DNA from: Acidobacteriota bacterium
GTDB taxonomy: Bacteria; Acidobacteriota; UBA6911; RPQK01; JADFOI01
DNA: 64,000 nucleotides
Direction: 5' to 3'
Assembly: GCA_963663035.1 (NCBI GenBank)
Contig: OY760074.1
Location: forward strand, 1,888,001-1,952,000
Each line of letters opens with the position of its first letter. The first letter of the stretch is position 1. The notes beneath the pieces are model-generated. The model was not told where the DNA came from. It did no database searches and worked only from the letters and a program-made list of their open reading frames with translations. Made by a program: the position numbers and the translations under genes. Below, one piece after another: positions 41,296 to 50,255 of the stretch.

Positions 41296-41712
41296 TTGTT
41301 GATGCACTCTAAGGCCCGAATCTTGACCAGCGCACTTCTGCTGGTTTCCGGTCTTGTAATCGAGTTAACCGTCCTGGATATTATCCCCATCGATGACAAC
41401 CTGGTTCACGCTACAGACTGGGTCATCGCGCTGTTAGGCATCCTCTTTCTGAGTGGCGGTTTGGTCGTTGTTGTCAGCCCCGAAAGTAGCATCGCAACCT
41501 GGTCCGCGGGTACTCTCGTGATTGGAATGACAATGGTCAGCGCATGGGTCGCTGTGTACGGATCAAGCGAGCACCTCTCCGGTGACTTGCCTTTTATCTC
41601 CCGGGGCACCAACGTCATCATCGCCAGGATCATCTTTGGGTGCGTATCATTACTCGGTCTGGCCATCATCATCGCAGCTGCAAAGAAAACCTGGAGCCGG
41701 GGCGATGCCTGA
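41296..41712 (+). CDS. hypothetical membrane protein (~4 TM)
   Basis: Four hydrophobic segments. Confidence 0.6.
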   Translation: MLMHSKARILTSALLLVSGLVIELTVLDIIPIDDNLVHATDWVIALLGILFLSGGLVVVVSPESSIATWSAGTLVIGMTMVSAWVAVYGSSEHLSGDLPFISRGTNVIIARIIFGCVSLLGLAIIIAAAKKTWSRGDA

Positions 41713-41911
41713 ACCAGGGAGCCTCTTCTCTCGGAGAAGGACCTCGTTTCGGTTCAAGTCACATCAATTGGATCCAAGGTGTAGGCTGGCAGGATATTTT
41801 CCGAGTAGAGCAGGGCATACACAAAGGTCTGATCTGTCTTCTTCCCAGGATGTAGGACGTTGTTGTCCAACCATTCCCTCCAGTGTTTAAGGCCACGCTC
41901 AAGATCAATAT

Positions 41912-43178
41912 TGACCTTGCCCCCTAAAACGAGTCCAGTTTGAATGTTAGGATTTCCGGTTTAGGAAGGAGGCAAGGATGGCAGGGAAGCGGTTTAGGGC
42001 AGAACAGATCATCATGAAGCTGCGTGAGGCAGAGGTGGGTCTGGCCCAAGGACAGAGGGTGGGACAGGTGTCGAAGCAGATGGGGGTGAGCGAGCAGACC
42101 TACTACCGGTGGCGCAAAGAGTACGGAGGGCTCCGGTTGGACCAGGCCAAGAGGTTGAAGGTGTTGGAGAAGGAGAATACCCGGTTGAAGAAGCTGGTGG
42201 CGGATCTGTCTTTGGACAAGCAGATCCTGAAGGAAGTGTCCTCGGGAAACTTCTAGGCCCGGCGAACAGGAGACGAGCGGTGATGTGGGTACGAGAGCGA
42301 TTAGGAGCAGAGCGAGTCTCCGAACGTCGGGCCTGCCAAGTGCTGGGACAGGTTCGATCGACCCAGCGAAGGGAAAGGCAAATTCCCGATGATGAGGCCC
42401 GATTGGTGGCCCGGATGGTGGAGTTGGCTACGCAATACGGGCGTTATGGCTACCGGCGGGTCACGGCGATACTTCATGGGGAAGGGTGGAAGGTGAATCC
42501 TAAGCGGGTGGAGAGGCTGTGGAGACAAGAAGGGCTGAAAGTCCCGTCCAGACAGCCGAAACGAAGGAGGCTGTGGCTTAATGACGGTTCCTGTGTTCGG
42601 TTACGAGCGGCTCGCAAGAACCACGTCTGGAGCTATGATTTCGTGCATGAACGGACCCATGATGGGCGAGCCTTTCGGCTATTGACGATCCTGGATGAGT
42701 ACACCAGAGAGTGCCTCGCCATTGATGTGAAACGGCAGATGAATCACCAAGACGTGTTGGACCGGCTGGCGGAGTTATTCGTTGATCGGGGAGTGCCTGA
42801 GTTTATCCGGTCCGATAACGGATCGGAGTTTACGGCACAGGCGGTCCGGGACTGGCTGCAGGCTGTTGGGGTAAGGACCTTGTACATCGAGCCGGGCAGC
42901 CCCTGGGAGAATGGGTACATTGAGAGTTTCAACGGGAAACTACGGGATGAGCTGCTGAACATGGAGATCTTCGACACGCTGGGGGAAGCCAAGGTGTTGG
43001 TAGAACGCTGGCGGAGGGATTACAATCAGATCCGGCCTCACAGCGCCTTGGCCTATCGGCCGCCGGCGCCAGAGGCCAAACTACCTAGGTCGCAGGCACT
43101 GGATCCAATCCCTTGGAGTGGACTTCAAATGGTCCCGGGTCTAGCATAGAGGGTGGACTCGTTCGTGGGGGCAGGTCA
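41912..43178 (+). mobile_element. IS3-family element, complete (copy A)
   Basis: TG...CA ends; IRL TGACCTTGCCCCCTAAAACGAGTCCA, IRR revcomp TGACCTGCCCCCACGAACGAGTCCA; orfA/orfB; no target duplication visible. Confidence 0.92.
41978..43149 (+). CDS. IS3 transposase OrfAB (programmed -1 frameshift)
   Basis: OrfA 41978-42256 HTH; slippery G-GGA-AAC at 42244-42250; OrfB WSYDF, SDNGSEF, ESFNG. Confidence 0.9.
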
Positions 43179-43179
43179 T

Positions 43180-43438
43180 CCTGGCATCGTCTTATCCCGA
43201 ACAAAAGCTCTTCGCATTACTGATGCACCGTCTGTGTCCCACCTGACGGTCCCCTGACTCCCTGCGCCAACACAGATATACAGCCCCCTGCGGGCCGAGC
43301 TGTTTCCGGAAGGGGCTCTCGCTTCATCTCTATTCGGCTCAACAAGCTTGGACGCCTTGTAATCGCACCTGAACACACTCTCAGCCCTGAACTTCCGCAG
43401 AAAATCGACACTCACCCCAAACTTATGAATAATTGCGG
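43180..43438 (+). mobile_element. IS1380 3' fragment
   Basis: Reverse complement of ~7306-7564 including the terminal IR; followed by TTAG. Confidence 0.9.
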
Positions 43439-44030
43439 TTAGGATTCACCTTCCACCCTTCCCCATGAAGTATCGCCGTGACCCGCCGGTAGCCATAACG
43501 CCCGTATTGCGTAGCCAACTCCACCATCCGGGCCACCAATCGGGCCTCATCATCGGGAATTTGCCTTTCCCTTCGCTGGGTCGATCGAACCTGTCCCAGC
43601 ACTTGGCAGGCCCGACGTTCGGAGACTCGCTCTGCTCCTAATCGCTCTCGTACCCACATCACCGCTCGTCTCCTGTTCGCCGGGCCTAGAAGTTTCCCGA
43701 GGACACTTCCTTCAGGATCTGCTTGTCCAAAGACAGATCCGCCACCAGCTTCTTCAACCGGGTATTCTCCTTCTCCAACACCTTCAACCTCTTGGCCTGG
43801 TCCAACCGGAGCCCTCCGTACTCTTTGCGCCACCGGTAGTAGGTCTGCTCGCTCACCCCCATCTGCTTCGACACCTGTCCCACCCTCTGTCCTTGGGCCA
43901 GACCCACCTCTGCCTCACGCAGCTTCATGATGATCTGTTCTGCCCTAAACCGCTTCCCTGCCATCCTTGCCTCCTTCCTAAACCGGAAATCCTAACATTC
44001 AAACTGGACTCGTTTTAGGGGGCAAGGTCA
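43439..44030 (-). mobile_element. IS3 copy B, 5' portion, truncated by IS1380
   Basis: Inverted copy of ~41912-42503 with identical OrfA (43686-43964). Confidence 0.9.
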
Positions 44031-44037
44031 CAGCTAC

Positions 44038-45357
44038 ATGGCCCGCCTGAAGGCTGCTGAGCTCAAGCGGCTGCTGGAGTCGGGAGCTATTGACTACATC
44101 ACGTTGGACGTTCCTATCCGGGCCGTTGAGCCGGTCATGTTTGACCCTCCAAACGGTGCCACCCAGGCAAGTCGTGGGGCCGAGATCGACAACGGGAATC
44201 GAAATCCTTTTCTGGCAGCCATCGGAGCCGATCAGGTGCAGAGCGCGGGTTACACGGGGAAAGGCGTCACAGTGGCTGTTTTTGACTCTGGCATCAGCGG
44301 CCATCCGGATCTCGACCCTTCGAGAATCCTGGCCTCCATCGACTTGACCTCGGGCACACCAGTTTTCTTAGAAGGCCATCGGGATCAATATGGCCACGGT
44401 ACCGCGGTCGCCGGAATAGTAGGGGGAACGGGTCAAGAATCAGGAGGAGCCTATACCGGCACAGCACCAGGGACAACGTTTGTGGACCTTAAAGTGGTGG
44501 GAGCAGACGGTAGCGGACTCACCAGCGACCTGATCAAAGCGATTCAGTGGGTCATTGAGAACAAGGACGTCTACAATATTCAAGTGGCCAATCTCTCGGT
44601 CGGCCATCCTCCCGTAGAATCCTACACGACAGATCCACTGGCCCAGGCAGTTGAGCAGATGGTGGCATCCGGAATTGTCACCGTGGCTTCAGGAGGTAAT
44701 CTGGGGAAGACCTCTGAATACCCTGAGATCTGGGGAGCCATCAACAGCCCCGCCAATGATCCCGCGGTGATTACGGTCTATCCTATGAATACCGGTGGGA
44801 CAGCCACTCTTACCGATGACATCCCTACAAGTTACGGATCGCGTGGGCCCACCTACTTGGATCAGCTTTTCAAGCCCGACCTGGCAGCACCTGGCAACAA
44901 GATCCCCACACTCTTGTCCACGGGAAGCAATATCAACCTGGCCCAGCCCGAACTCCAGATTGATGAGAACTACATCACTTTGAGTGGAGCAAGCATGGCT
45001 ACTCCGTTTGTGACGGGGACAGTTGCCCTGATGCTGGAAGCCAATCCCGATCTGAATCCCAACATCACGAAGCTCATTCTTCTGGCCAGTGCTATCAAGC
45101 CGGAGGCTCACCCGTTGGAACAGGGCAACGGATTCGTGAATGCCCTGACGGCTGTCCAACTGGCCGAGTCCATCGACATGAACAGCCACCAGCTCACGGC
45201 TGCGGTGTCTTCCCAATGGTCCCTCGACGGCGAAGAAATGCGGGCTGGTGGGGCCTTTGTCTACGGTGATGAGATTATCTTTAGCCCCTGGCAAACAGGT
45301 AGCGATACTGACAGTGACTCCATCCTTTGGGGGGACTCCATCCTTTGGGGAGACTGA
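44038..45357 (+). CDS. S8 (subtilisin-like) serine peptidase with C-terminal SILWGD repeats; 5'-truncated by IS3
   Basis: Triad VAVFDSGI / YGHGTAVAG / SGASMATP, oxyanion SGGN; no signal peptide, begins mid-propeptide 7 nt from the IS3 end. Confidence 0.88.
   Translation: MARLKAAELKRLLESGAIDYITLDVPIRAVEPVMFDPPNGATQASRGAEIDNGNRNPFLAAIGADQVQSAGYTGKGVTVAVFDSGISGHPDLDPSRILASIDLTSGTPVFLEGHRDQYGHGTAVAGIVGGTGQESGGAYTGTAPGTTFVDLKVVGADGSGLTSDLIKAIQWVIENKDVYNIQVANLSVGHPPVESYTTDPLAQAVEQMVASGIVTVASGGNLGKTSEYPEIWGAINSPANDPAVITVYPMNTGGTATLTDDIPTSYGSRGPTYLDQLFKPDLAAPGNKIPTLLSTGSNINLAQPELQIDENYITLSGASMATPFVTGTVALMLEANPDLNPNITKLILLASAIKPEAHPLEQGNGFVNALTAVQLAESIDMNSHQLTAAVSSQWSLDGEEMRAGGAFVYGDEIIFSPWQTGSDTDSDSILWGDSILWGD
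45316..45354 (+). repeat. 18-bp tandem repeat encoding (DSILWG)2-D
   Basis: GACTCCATCCTTTGGGGG GACTCCATCCTTTGGGGA GAC then TGA. Confidence 0.9.
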
Positions 45358-45435
45358 GAACACTCTTAAGGTGGATCGTTAAATATGTTAGCTGAAACCA
45401 TATCTGCAACTGGAACTTTTGAAAGGAGAAGAAAG

Positions 45436-45465
45436 ATGAAATTCGTAGTTTATTGGGGAGACTAA
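45436..45465 (+). CDS. putative micropeptide MKFVVYWGD (alternative 26-aa form from ATG 45385)
   Basis: AAGGAG RBS ending 7 nt before ATG; ends in WGD-stop exactly like the upstream peptidase. Confidence 0.6.
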   Translation: MKFVVYWGD

Positions 45466-45956
45466 GCACTCGCCCACTCAGAAGAATCATTCCGTGAATG
45501 GTCATCAGAGGTTAACGGATCAGATGAGCACCTCTCCGCTTTGTGAGGGTGCTCCTGAGTGTTTATTGTCAACCATTCCCGCATTTACACTATAGGGGCG
45601 ATTGCAGGGCAACACGACAAGGAAAAGTGCGCCCTCTAACCCCTAAGAGTTCTAGCGGCCTTGAGAGTCCAACCTGCCAGCCGACGTCAAGTTGGCTTCC
45701 AGTACTCCACAGTAGTCCCGGTGGAAGTTCGAATCCTTCCCCGATAAGTGATCCCCTATCCGAATCTGAACTAGAAAGTACTTGGCGATTGGCAAGCTAA
45801 AGTAGTACAATAGAGGAGTTTATGAGCACGCATCTGAGCGTGGGGAGAGCGAGACTGGGAAGACAACACACGGATTGAATCGCCCCTCTTTACAGACTCT
45901 TTCCAGAGGGTTGAATCCTTTGGGTAGAGAACTGTAGGACGAGTCGTAAAGCCGGT

Positions 45957-48437
45957 ATGACTTATTTCGACAAGAACATGCCCTTTCGGGCAAAACTATA
46001 TATTCTGTCCGTTATTGGATTCGGATCGGTCATACTTGGCTATTCCCTATTCTATTCGGTCACTAATTCAGATCTTCGGTGGCTGTACCTCGCCTGCCTG
46101 ACTGTCTTCGGAAGTTCTTTCCCAGTACGGATTCCATCCTTTAAGCGAAAATCTCAACCGGTCGTAGTTACAACCAGTGACGTTTTCATTTTCACGGCTA
46201 TTCTGCTCTTTAGCCCGGAAGTTGCTGTCGCGATCGCAGCAGTCGACAGTGGCCGGGCTACGGCTGTCTCATTGACATCAAAGCGACCGTACAAAATCGC
46301 TTTCAATCTAGCACAGCTTTCGATCGTGACATTCGTCGTGGGGCACATCTTCTATCAGTTGCACGGAAGCTCTCCTCCTCTTAATTCTTCTGCGGTTGAC
46401 CTCACAAGCTTCTTTCTCCCATTGGGGTTGTGCTCTATTCTGTATTTCGTTCTCAACAGTGGAGCCGTGGCCACCGCAATTGCTTTAACCCTCAAACAAC
46501 CCATTTTTACCGCCTGGAAAAGAGACTTCTTGTGGGTTGCATTGACCACTTTTGCCGGAGCTTCGGCGGCGGCCCTGATTTTTCTCTATTTTAAGGCGAC
46601 GCCCTTCTTTGCAGTCGCCGTGGCCGCCCCGATCGTCTTAATCATCTACTACGCTTACAAGATAAACCTGGAACGTTTCACCCAGGCTCAGACCCACGTA
46701 GCTCAGCTCAATGAGCTCTATCACTCGACCGTCGAATCGTTGGCCATGGCCATCGATGCCAAGGACGCGAAAACCCATGGCCATATTCAGCGGGTCCAGA
46801 CCCTGACTCTTCGCCTGGCCGAATACTGCGGGATGACTGACGAAAATGAGATTGAAGGGCTTCGGGCAGCCTCTCTTATGCACGACATCGGCAAACTGGC
46901 CATTTCCGAGTACATCCTCAACAAACCTTCCGCCCTGAACAAGTGGGAGATGCAGAAGATGCGTAAGCACCCCACCATTGGCGCTGATATCATCAGCCGG
47001 GTTCCCTTTCCTTATCCCGTCGAAATGTTCGTGCGCCATCATCATGAGAAATGGGACGGAACCGGATACCCGGAAGGGCTCAAGGGAGAGGAAATTTCAC
47101 TGGGTGCCAGAATCCTTTCTGTTGCTGACTGCTACGACGCCCTGCGTTCCGATCGGCCCTATCGACCCAAGATGACGTCTCAGGTTGCCATTGAAACCAT
47201 CAAGTCGGAATGCGGCAAGTCTTACGATCCGGCCGTCGTCAAGGAACTGCTTGAACACGTCGGCGAGTTGGAAGAAGCCATGAGAGAAGCGCAGGTACAA
47301 GTCTCCTCCGAAGTTGAATCCGGTCTGGAAGAAAAGACTGCAAGCGCTTCCCAGAGGAAGAAGCGCGCAGAACTCGATACCACCGTCTTCCATGAGATCG
47401 CTTCTACCCACATAGAAATTCAAGCTCTTTACGAGATCTCCCGGGTACTGGGAAAATCTCTGAAGGTCTCGGACACTCTTTCGCTTCTGGCTGAGAAGAT
47501 CCAAAAACTGGTTCCCTACGCCTCCTGCGTCATTTTTCTTATGGACTCTCAGACCGATAAGGTCATTCCGTATCATACTGCAGGGTTGCACGCCGAGCTT
47601 CTTGAAGGCATGGAACTCAGGGTAGGTGACGGCATCACAGGGTGGGTGGCCGCTCACAAGCAGTACCTGATGAACGTCTCACCAGCTCCTGATTTCATGG
47701 ACTTCGAGGAGTTACGCTCCGCCTACCGGACCTGTCTGGTCATGCCTCTGTCTCTGAACAACAGCATCGTAGGGGTCATCTCGCTCTACGCAGATCAGTC
47801 TGAGGACTATCATCAAGATCATCTCCGCTTTATGGAGACCATCGCCGATCACGCGGCCACAGCGATCAGAAATGCCATCATTTACGAAGAGACAGAGGAG
47901 AACGCTTATACCGACGTGCTAACAGGACTTCCCAACCTGCGCTACTTCCACGTTGTCATCGAGCGGGAAATCAAGCGCTTTTCCCACCTGGGACAGTCGG
48001 TCACCCTTCTCATGATGGACTTGGAATCTTTCAAGCAAGTCAACGACACGTACGGCCACAGGGTCGGCGACCGGATTCTGACCGATATCGCTCACCTTTT
48101 GCGCGAGCACCTGCGCGACTCAGACACCTGCGTTCGCTATGCCGGGGACGAGTTCATCGCCATCCTGCCTGGTGTGGGCAAGGAGAATGCCAAATACGCC
48201 ATTGAACGCATTCAAAAAGCCTTCGATGCCCATCAAATCATAATCGACGAACACAACACCGCTCAGGTCGGCGTCAGTATCGGAGCGGCGACCTTTCCGG
48301 AAGATGGAAGAGAACCTGATATGCTTCTTGTGGTAGCGGACCAGGCCATGTACAAAAACAAGTCGGAGCGTACACAGCGAAAGCAATACCCATCGGAAGT
48401 GATCAGCTTCGAAAAGGGTGCGGACAAGTCCTCGTAA
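45957..48437 (+). CDS. membrane-anchored HD-GYP + GAF + GGDEF c-di-GMP signalling protein
   Basis: Multi-TM N-terminus (~235 aa); HDIGK and HHEKWDGTGYP; GAF; DVLTGLPN and RYAGDEF. Confidence 0.9.
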   Translation: MTYFDKNMPFRAKLYILSVIGFGSVILGYSLFYSVTNSDLRWLYLACLTVFGSSFPVRIPSFKRKSQPVVVTTSDVFIFTAILLFSPEVAVAIAAVDSGRATAVSLTSKRPYKIAFNLAQLSIVTFVVGHIFYQLHGSSPPLNSSAVDLTSFFLPLGLCSILYFVLNSGAVATAIALTLKQPIFTAWKRDFLWVALTTFAGASAAALIFLYFKATPFFAVAVAAPIVLIIYYAYKINLERFTQAQTHVAQLNELYHSTVESLAMAIDAKDAKTHGHIQRVQTLTLRLAEYCGMTDENEIEGLRAASLMHDIGKLAISEYILNKPSALNKWEMQKMRKHPTIGADIISRVPFPYPVEMFVRHHHEKWDGTGYPEGLKGEEISLGARILSVADCYDALRSDRPYRPKMTSQVAIETIKSECGKSYDPAVVKELLEHVGELEEAMREAQVQVSSEVESGLEEKTASASQRKKRAELDTTVFHEIASTHIEIQALYEISRVLGKSLKVSDTLSLLAEKIQKLVPYASCVIFLMDSQTDKVIPYHTAGLHAELLEGMELRVGDGITGWVAAHKQYLMNVSPAPDFMDFEELRSAYRTCLVMPLSLNNSIVGVISLYADQSEDYHQDHLRFMETIADHAATAIRNAIIYEETEENAYTDVLTGLPNLRYFHVVIEREIKRFSHLGQSVTLLMMDLESFKQVNDTYGHRVGDRILTDIAHLLREHLRDSDTCVRYAGDEFIAILPGVGKENAKYAIERIQKAFDAHQIIIDEHNTAQVGVSIGAATFPEDGREPDMLLVVADQAMYKNKSERTQRKQYPSEVISFEKGADKSS

Positions 48438-48443
48438 CTCTCG

Positions 48444-49289
48444 TTGATCAGCATCATCCTTCCAACCTTCAACCGACGCCAGTTTCTGAGCCGCGCCATC
48501 CAGTCGGTGCTCGAGCAAACCTTCCAGGACTGGGAACTCATCGTTGTCGATGACGGCTCCCAGGATGAGAGTCGGCAAGTTGTTCAAGATCTCCACGATG
48601 ACCGCATTCACTACTTCTACCAGGCAAACAGCGGGGTCAGTGCAGCCCGCAACGCCGGCATTCGCCTGGCACGTCATCCCTGGATTTGCTTTCTGGACAG
48701 CGATGATCACTGGAAACCTGCCAAGCTGCAGCGGCAGCTCCAAGAGCTAGAGCGACGACCTCAATACCTGGTCATCTACACCGATGAGACCTGGATTCGC
48801 CGCGGGCGAAGAGTTAATCCCAGAAAGATCCACCGCAAATACAGCGGATGGATCTACCACCGGTGTCTCCCTCTGTGCATTATCAGCCCCAGTTCGGTGT
48901 TGCTTCACCGGGGTGTCCTGGAACGGGAGGGCCTCTTCGACGAAACTTTTCCGGTGTGTGAGGACTACGAGATGTGGCTGAGGATTTCTTCCAGGCAACC
49001 CATCTTTTTCCTGGATGAGCCGCTCATTGTAAAGGTGGGAGGGCATCCCGACCAGCTGTCACACAGCTTGTGGGGACTGGACCGCTATCGCGTACAGGCA
49101 CTGATCAAGATTTACTCCTCGAACCGTCTCACGCCGCAACAGCAATTCTGGACGGCCGGCCAGATTGTCGAAAAACTGACGATACTGGCCACCGGATTTG
49201 CCAATCGGGGCAAATCGAGGGAAGCAGCGAGATATCGGAAAATGATCCGAGAGTGGTCCTGCCAGCTGGAGAATGAAGGCCGTGGTTAA
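48444..49289 (+). CDS. glycosyltransferase family 2
   Basis: SIILPTFNR, VVDDGS, ARNAG, FLDSDD, EDYEMWLR. Confidence 0.88.
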   Translation: MISIILPTFNRRQFLSRAIQSVLEQTFQDWELIVVDDGSQDESRQVVQDLHDDRIHYFYQANSGVSAARNAGIRLARHPWICFLDSDDHWKPAKLQRQLQELERRPQYLVIYTDETWIRRGRRVNPRKIHRKYSGWIYHRCLPLCIISPSSVLLHRGVLEREGLFDETFPVCEDYEMWLRISSRQPIFFLDEPLIVKVGGHPDQLSHSLWGLDRYRVQALIKIYSSNRLTPQQQFWTAGQIVEKLTILATGFANRGKSREAARYRKMIREWSCQLENEGRG

Positions 49290-50245
49290 CCGCCAGCCTC
49301 CGACTGGTTGGCGCTGCTCAGCAGCTCCGGGGCAAAATACCCCTTCCGATGTCGGAGTCTCACGCCATCCCGGTTCACCTTCACTTCGATCTCGCGAAAG
49401 GTCCCATCTCTAACTTTATTGGTTGGAACGTAAGTCAGATTGTACTGACTGCGCAACTCCTGGTCCACGTCCTGGAAGGCGGAGGCGAGCCGGTCGGTCG
49501 AATAGGGGAAAAAGGCGGTGCCACCGGTAACTTCTGTTAACTGCCTCAGAGCATTGTCTCCTTCATGGTCGATGTCTGCGCCGAAGCGGGTGGTGCTAAT
49601 AGCATAGACGGTGATCTCGGCCTGGTAGGCCATGCGGAGCATCTCCTCAAAAGAGTGCTTGCTGGTGAGGTCGGCTCCGTCAGAGAGGATGATGACCGTC
49701 TTACGCCCCGGCTCATTCAACATCTTCTGTTCCGCCACCAGGTACACGGCATCATAGAGAGAAGTCCCGCCTCCTGCTTTCAACAACTTGATCTCCCGGA
49801 CCAAATCGTTGGGGTTGGAAGTAAAATCGTGAACGAGGGTCACCCCAGTATCGAATTCCACAAGCAGTGCCCTGTCGATGGGGCGCATGACAGAGTAGAG
49901 GAAATCGATAGCCGCGTCCTTTTCAAAGCCCAACTTGAGTCTGACGCTGGAACTGGTGTCCACGCAAAGAGCGATGGTCAAGGAGAGACCCGTCTGCTGG
50001 GTGAAGTTTGTGATCGTTTGCAGAACTCCATCCTCATAGATCTGAAAATCCTCCTTTGTCAGATCCGTGACAAACTTGTGCGACTCTTCGTCGTGGACCG
50101 CTGCCAGGACGTTGACCGCATCCACTTCGACTCGAAAAGGAGCCTGCCCCTCCCCTTCGGCCGCGCCCTGCTGTGCCTCCACCCCGCTAAGAGAAAGACA
50201 GAACAGCAAGAAAATGGCCATCGGTATCCATGTCAAGACCTTCAT
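49286..50245 (-). CDS. VWA domain protein (acidobacterial type)
   Basis: VDTSSS MIDAS, GGTSLYDA, LSDG, ELRSQY, GYFA; likely start MKVLTW. Confidence 0.82.
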   Translation of the reverse strand: MKVLTWIPMAIFLLFCLSLSGVEAQQGAAEGEGQAPFRVEVDAVNVLAAVHDEESHKFVTDLTKEDFQIYEDGVLQTITNFTQQTGLSLTIALCVDTSSSVRLKLGFEKDAAIDFLYSVMRPIDRALLVEFDTGVTLVHDFTSNPNDLVREIKLLKAGGGTSLYDAVYLVAEQKMLNEPGRKTVIILSDGADLTSKHSFEEMLRMAYQAEITVYAISTTRFGADIDHEGDNALRQLTEVTGGTAFFPYSTDRLASAFQDVDQELRSQYNLTYVPTNKVRDGTFREIEVKVNRDGVRLRHRKGYFAPELLSSANQSEAGG

Positions 50246-50255
50246 TTCGTCTCTA

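Noticed and set aside
45723-45740. GGAAG-TTCGAATC-CTTCC T-loop-like hairpin as a tRNA fragment or attR
   Set aside because: The stem does not match the tRNA-Ile 3' end and there is no cloverleaf
48444-49289. GT2 as a member of the WGD cassette
   Set aside because: It is co-oriented and only 6 nt downstream, but looks like a generic GT2 with no sequence link; synteny data would be needed
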